From contig JBJXHA010000271.1 in NCBI GenBank assembly GCA_046160275.1, forward strand, positions 1 through 43,009: a DNA stretch of 43,009 bases, in the 5' to 3' direction. Position 1 is the stretch's first letter; every line of letters begins with the position of its first letter. Positions 41,273 through 43,009 of the stretch are shown here, one piece after another. The notes beneath the pieces are model-generated. The model was not told where the DNA came from, searched no databases, and saw only the letters and a program-made list of their open reading frames with translations. A program made the position numbers and the translations under genes. This DNA comes from Bacteroidia bacterium. Lineage in GTDB: Bacteria > Bacteroidota > Bacteroidia > J057.

Positions 41273-43009
41273 ATGATGAACAGACGAATTTTATCCATTT
41301 TATTAGCGGGTGTCCTCGCGTCAGGCAATATGATGGCGCAAGGGATGTGGATACCTTCTAAGGCAAAGACCGAAAACTTCGATGAAATGAAGGAATTTGG
41401 CTTGCAATTAAGCCCCGACCAACTGTATTCGACAGAAAACGGAAGCCTAAAAGACGCTATCATTCGCCTAAAGGGGGGAATGTGTTCGGCGGAATTTATC
41501 TCTTCGCAAGGTTTGGTGTTAACCAATCACCACTGCGGATATGACGGCGTAGCTTCTTTGAGTAGCATCGAACACGATTATTTGACTAACGGTTTTTGGG
41601 CATATAGCAAAGAACAAGAGCTTTCTATTCCTGATTATTTTGTGAGCTTGTTGGTAAGAATCGAAGATGTAACCGACCAAGTATTAGGCTCAGACAGAGA
41701 TGAGAAAAATCCACAAGTGATTCAAGAACGCTTGCAGGGCATCATTACAAAGGCAAGTGAAGGCGGAAAATACAAAGTTGATCCTAAACCTATGTTTGCG
41801 GGGAATGAGTATTTTATTTATGTCTATGAAGATTACAAAGATGTGCGTTTGGTAGGTGCGCCTCCTTCCTCTATTGGTAAATATGGTGGAGATACCGACA
41901 ACTGGATGTGGCCTCGTCATACAGGTGATTTTACAATGTTGCGCGTGTATGCAAAAGCGGATGGTTCGGCTTCTGAAGGTTATGACAAAGCGAATGTTCC
42001 TTTCAAACCAAAACAATATTTGCCTGTTTCGATGAAAGGGGTAGGGGAAGGTGATTATGCGATGATTATGGGTTATCCTGGTAGCACTGATCGTTATTTG
42101 ACCTCTGACCAAATTCAATTTGCAATGGATTATAGCAATGGCAGCAAAATTGATGCGATGGGCAAACGTTTGGAAATCATGAAAAAATACATGGACAAAA
42201 ACGACACGATTCGTATTGCTGTGGCTTCTTCTTATGCAAGTGGTATGAACGGTTGGAAATACTATATCGGTCAAAACACCATGTTAAAGCGTTATGACAT
42301 CCCTGGTAAAAAACGTCAAGAAGAAAAAGACTTTACCAAATGGGCAGTTGCTAAAGGCGATACAACTTACACAAAAGTAGTAAGTAAAATCGGTGGTTTG
42401 TATAGCAAAGATTACGCTGAGATTGACCGTTTTATCAATTATGTATTTTATGGTTTGATGCCTGCTGCTTCTTTGAACTTAGGACGCGACTTTGCACGTA
42501 TGAAAACGTCAATGGAAAAAGATCCAACGAGCAAAGATGTGGCAAAAAAAGGTGTTGAGAACATCAAAAAACGCCTTCCAGAATGGCAAAAAGAATATTT
42601 CCCAGCAATGGACAAAGACATCGTTACAGCTTTGTTGATTGCAGTGAAAAAAGAAGTAAAAGGTGATTTATTGCCTCCTGTAATTAACGAAATTTTGGCT
42701 TCTAAAGCAGCGAAAAAAGGCAAAACTGACGAGGAAAAATTCCGTATGTGGGTGAACAATGCTTTTGCTACTTCTGTGGTAACAAACAAAGCGGTAAGAG
42801 AGAAATTCTTCGCTATGCCTGATGTGAAAGTGCTTCAAAATGACCCGATTGTAACTTTGGCAAATGGTGTAGTAGCGCATTTCCGCGATAAACTTGCGCC
42901 TAGATTCTATGGAGTGCAAGGCCTATCTGAAGAATTGGCGAAAGATTATATTGCAGGACTTCGTTTGGCGAATCCTGGTAAAAACTTCTATCCTGATGCA
43001 AACTCAACC
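41273..43009 (+). CDS. S46 family peptidase (dipeptidyl-peptidase 7/11-like), 3'-truncated by the window end
   Basis: Not in the supplied ORF track. My own translation from ATG 41273 is open for 579 codons to the window end: MMNRRILSILLAGVLASGNMMAQGMWIP...CSAEFISSQGLVLTNHHCGYD...GGDTDNWMWPRHTGDFTMLRVYA...MIMGYPGSTDRYL. GMWIP, TNHHC (catalytic His) and the DNWMWPRHTGDF motif are S46 hallmarks. Confidence 0.88.
   Translation, partial: MMNRRILSILLAGVLASGNMMAQGMWIPSKAKTENFDEMKEFGLQLSPDQLYSTENGSLKDAIIRLKGGMCSAEFISSQGLVLTNHHCGYDGVASLSSIEHDYLTNGFWAYSKEQELSIPDYFVSLLVRIEDVTDQVLGSDRDEKNPQVIQERLQGIITKASEGGKYKVDPKPMFAGNEYFIYVYEDYKDVRLVGAPPSSIGKYGGDTDNWMWPRHTGDFTMLRVYAKADGSASEGYDKANVPFKPKQYLPVSMKGVGEGDYAMIMGYPGSTDRYLTSDQIQFAMDYSNGSKIDAMGKRLEIMKKYMDKNDTIRIAVASSYASGMNGWKYYIGQNTMLKRYDIPGKKRQEEKDFTKWAVAKGDTTYTKVVSKIGGLYSKDYAEIDRFINYVFYGLMPAASLNLGRDFARMKTSMEKDPTSKDVAKKGVENIKKRLPEWQKEYFPAMDKDIVTALLIAVKKEVKGDLLPPVINEILASKAAKKGKTDEEKFRMWVNNAFATSVVTNKAVREKFFAMPDVKVLQNDPIVTLANGVVAHFRDKLAPRFYGVQGLSEELAKDYIAGLRLANPGKNFYPDANST

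Noticed and set aside
41263-42919. Four - strand ORFs (41263..41526, 41690..42274, 42448..42789, 42668..42919).
   Set aside because: They are antisense to the open + strand S46 peptidase frame. Their translations are Arg/His/Ile/Phe-rich with no motifs.

Overview
AT-rich chromosomal segment (roughly 35-40% GC by eye, not computed) that looks like a Bacteroidota genome. The evidence is two large proteins ending in YPNPT-type T9SS C-terminal sorting domains, TAnnTTTG -7 promoter boxes 15-50 nt upstream of many genes, and no Shine-Dalgarno sequences. Contents, left to right: (1) two - strand tRNA genes, a canonical tRNA-Gly(GCC) and an atypical tRNA-like gene; (2) a GT2 glycosyltransferase, a ChaN-like protein, two tandem paralogous lipoproteins and a GNAT; (3) valS, pheS and a YceI-like lipoprotein; (4) a small DUF4907-like lipoprotein followed by a 2229-aa protein built from a six-blade Kelch propeller, 23 tandem ~78-aa two-cysteine modules and a T9SS CTD; (5) an MBL-fold hydrolase, a membrane protein and an exported propeller-caspase fusion; (6) a long - strand block with a 1089-aa mosaic protein, three unknown secreted proteins, a BatE-like TPR/SH3 protein, an FAD monooxygenase, mqnD, three tandem paralogous OM-barrel-like proteins carrying 0, 1 and 2 LysM modules, and a Cys-rich multi-PKD T9SS cargo; (7) an SLT lytic transglycosylase and a 3'-truncated S46 (DPP7-like) peptidase that is missing from the supplied ORF track. 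I recognised no rRNA, CRISPR array, transposase, integrase or phage genes. The best candidates for undescribed biology are the Kelch-headed 23-module fibre with its lipoprotein partner, the OM-barrel/LysM paralogue series, the exported propeller-caspase, the uncharacterised C-terminal domain of the 1089-aa protein, a dispersed ~28-nt AT-rich element, and the atypical tRNA-like gene. All family names come from motif recognition by eye and need HMM confirmation.
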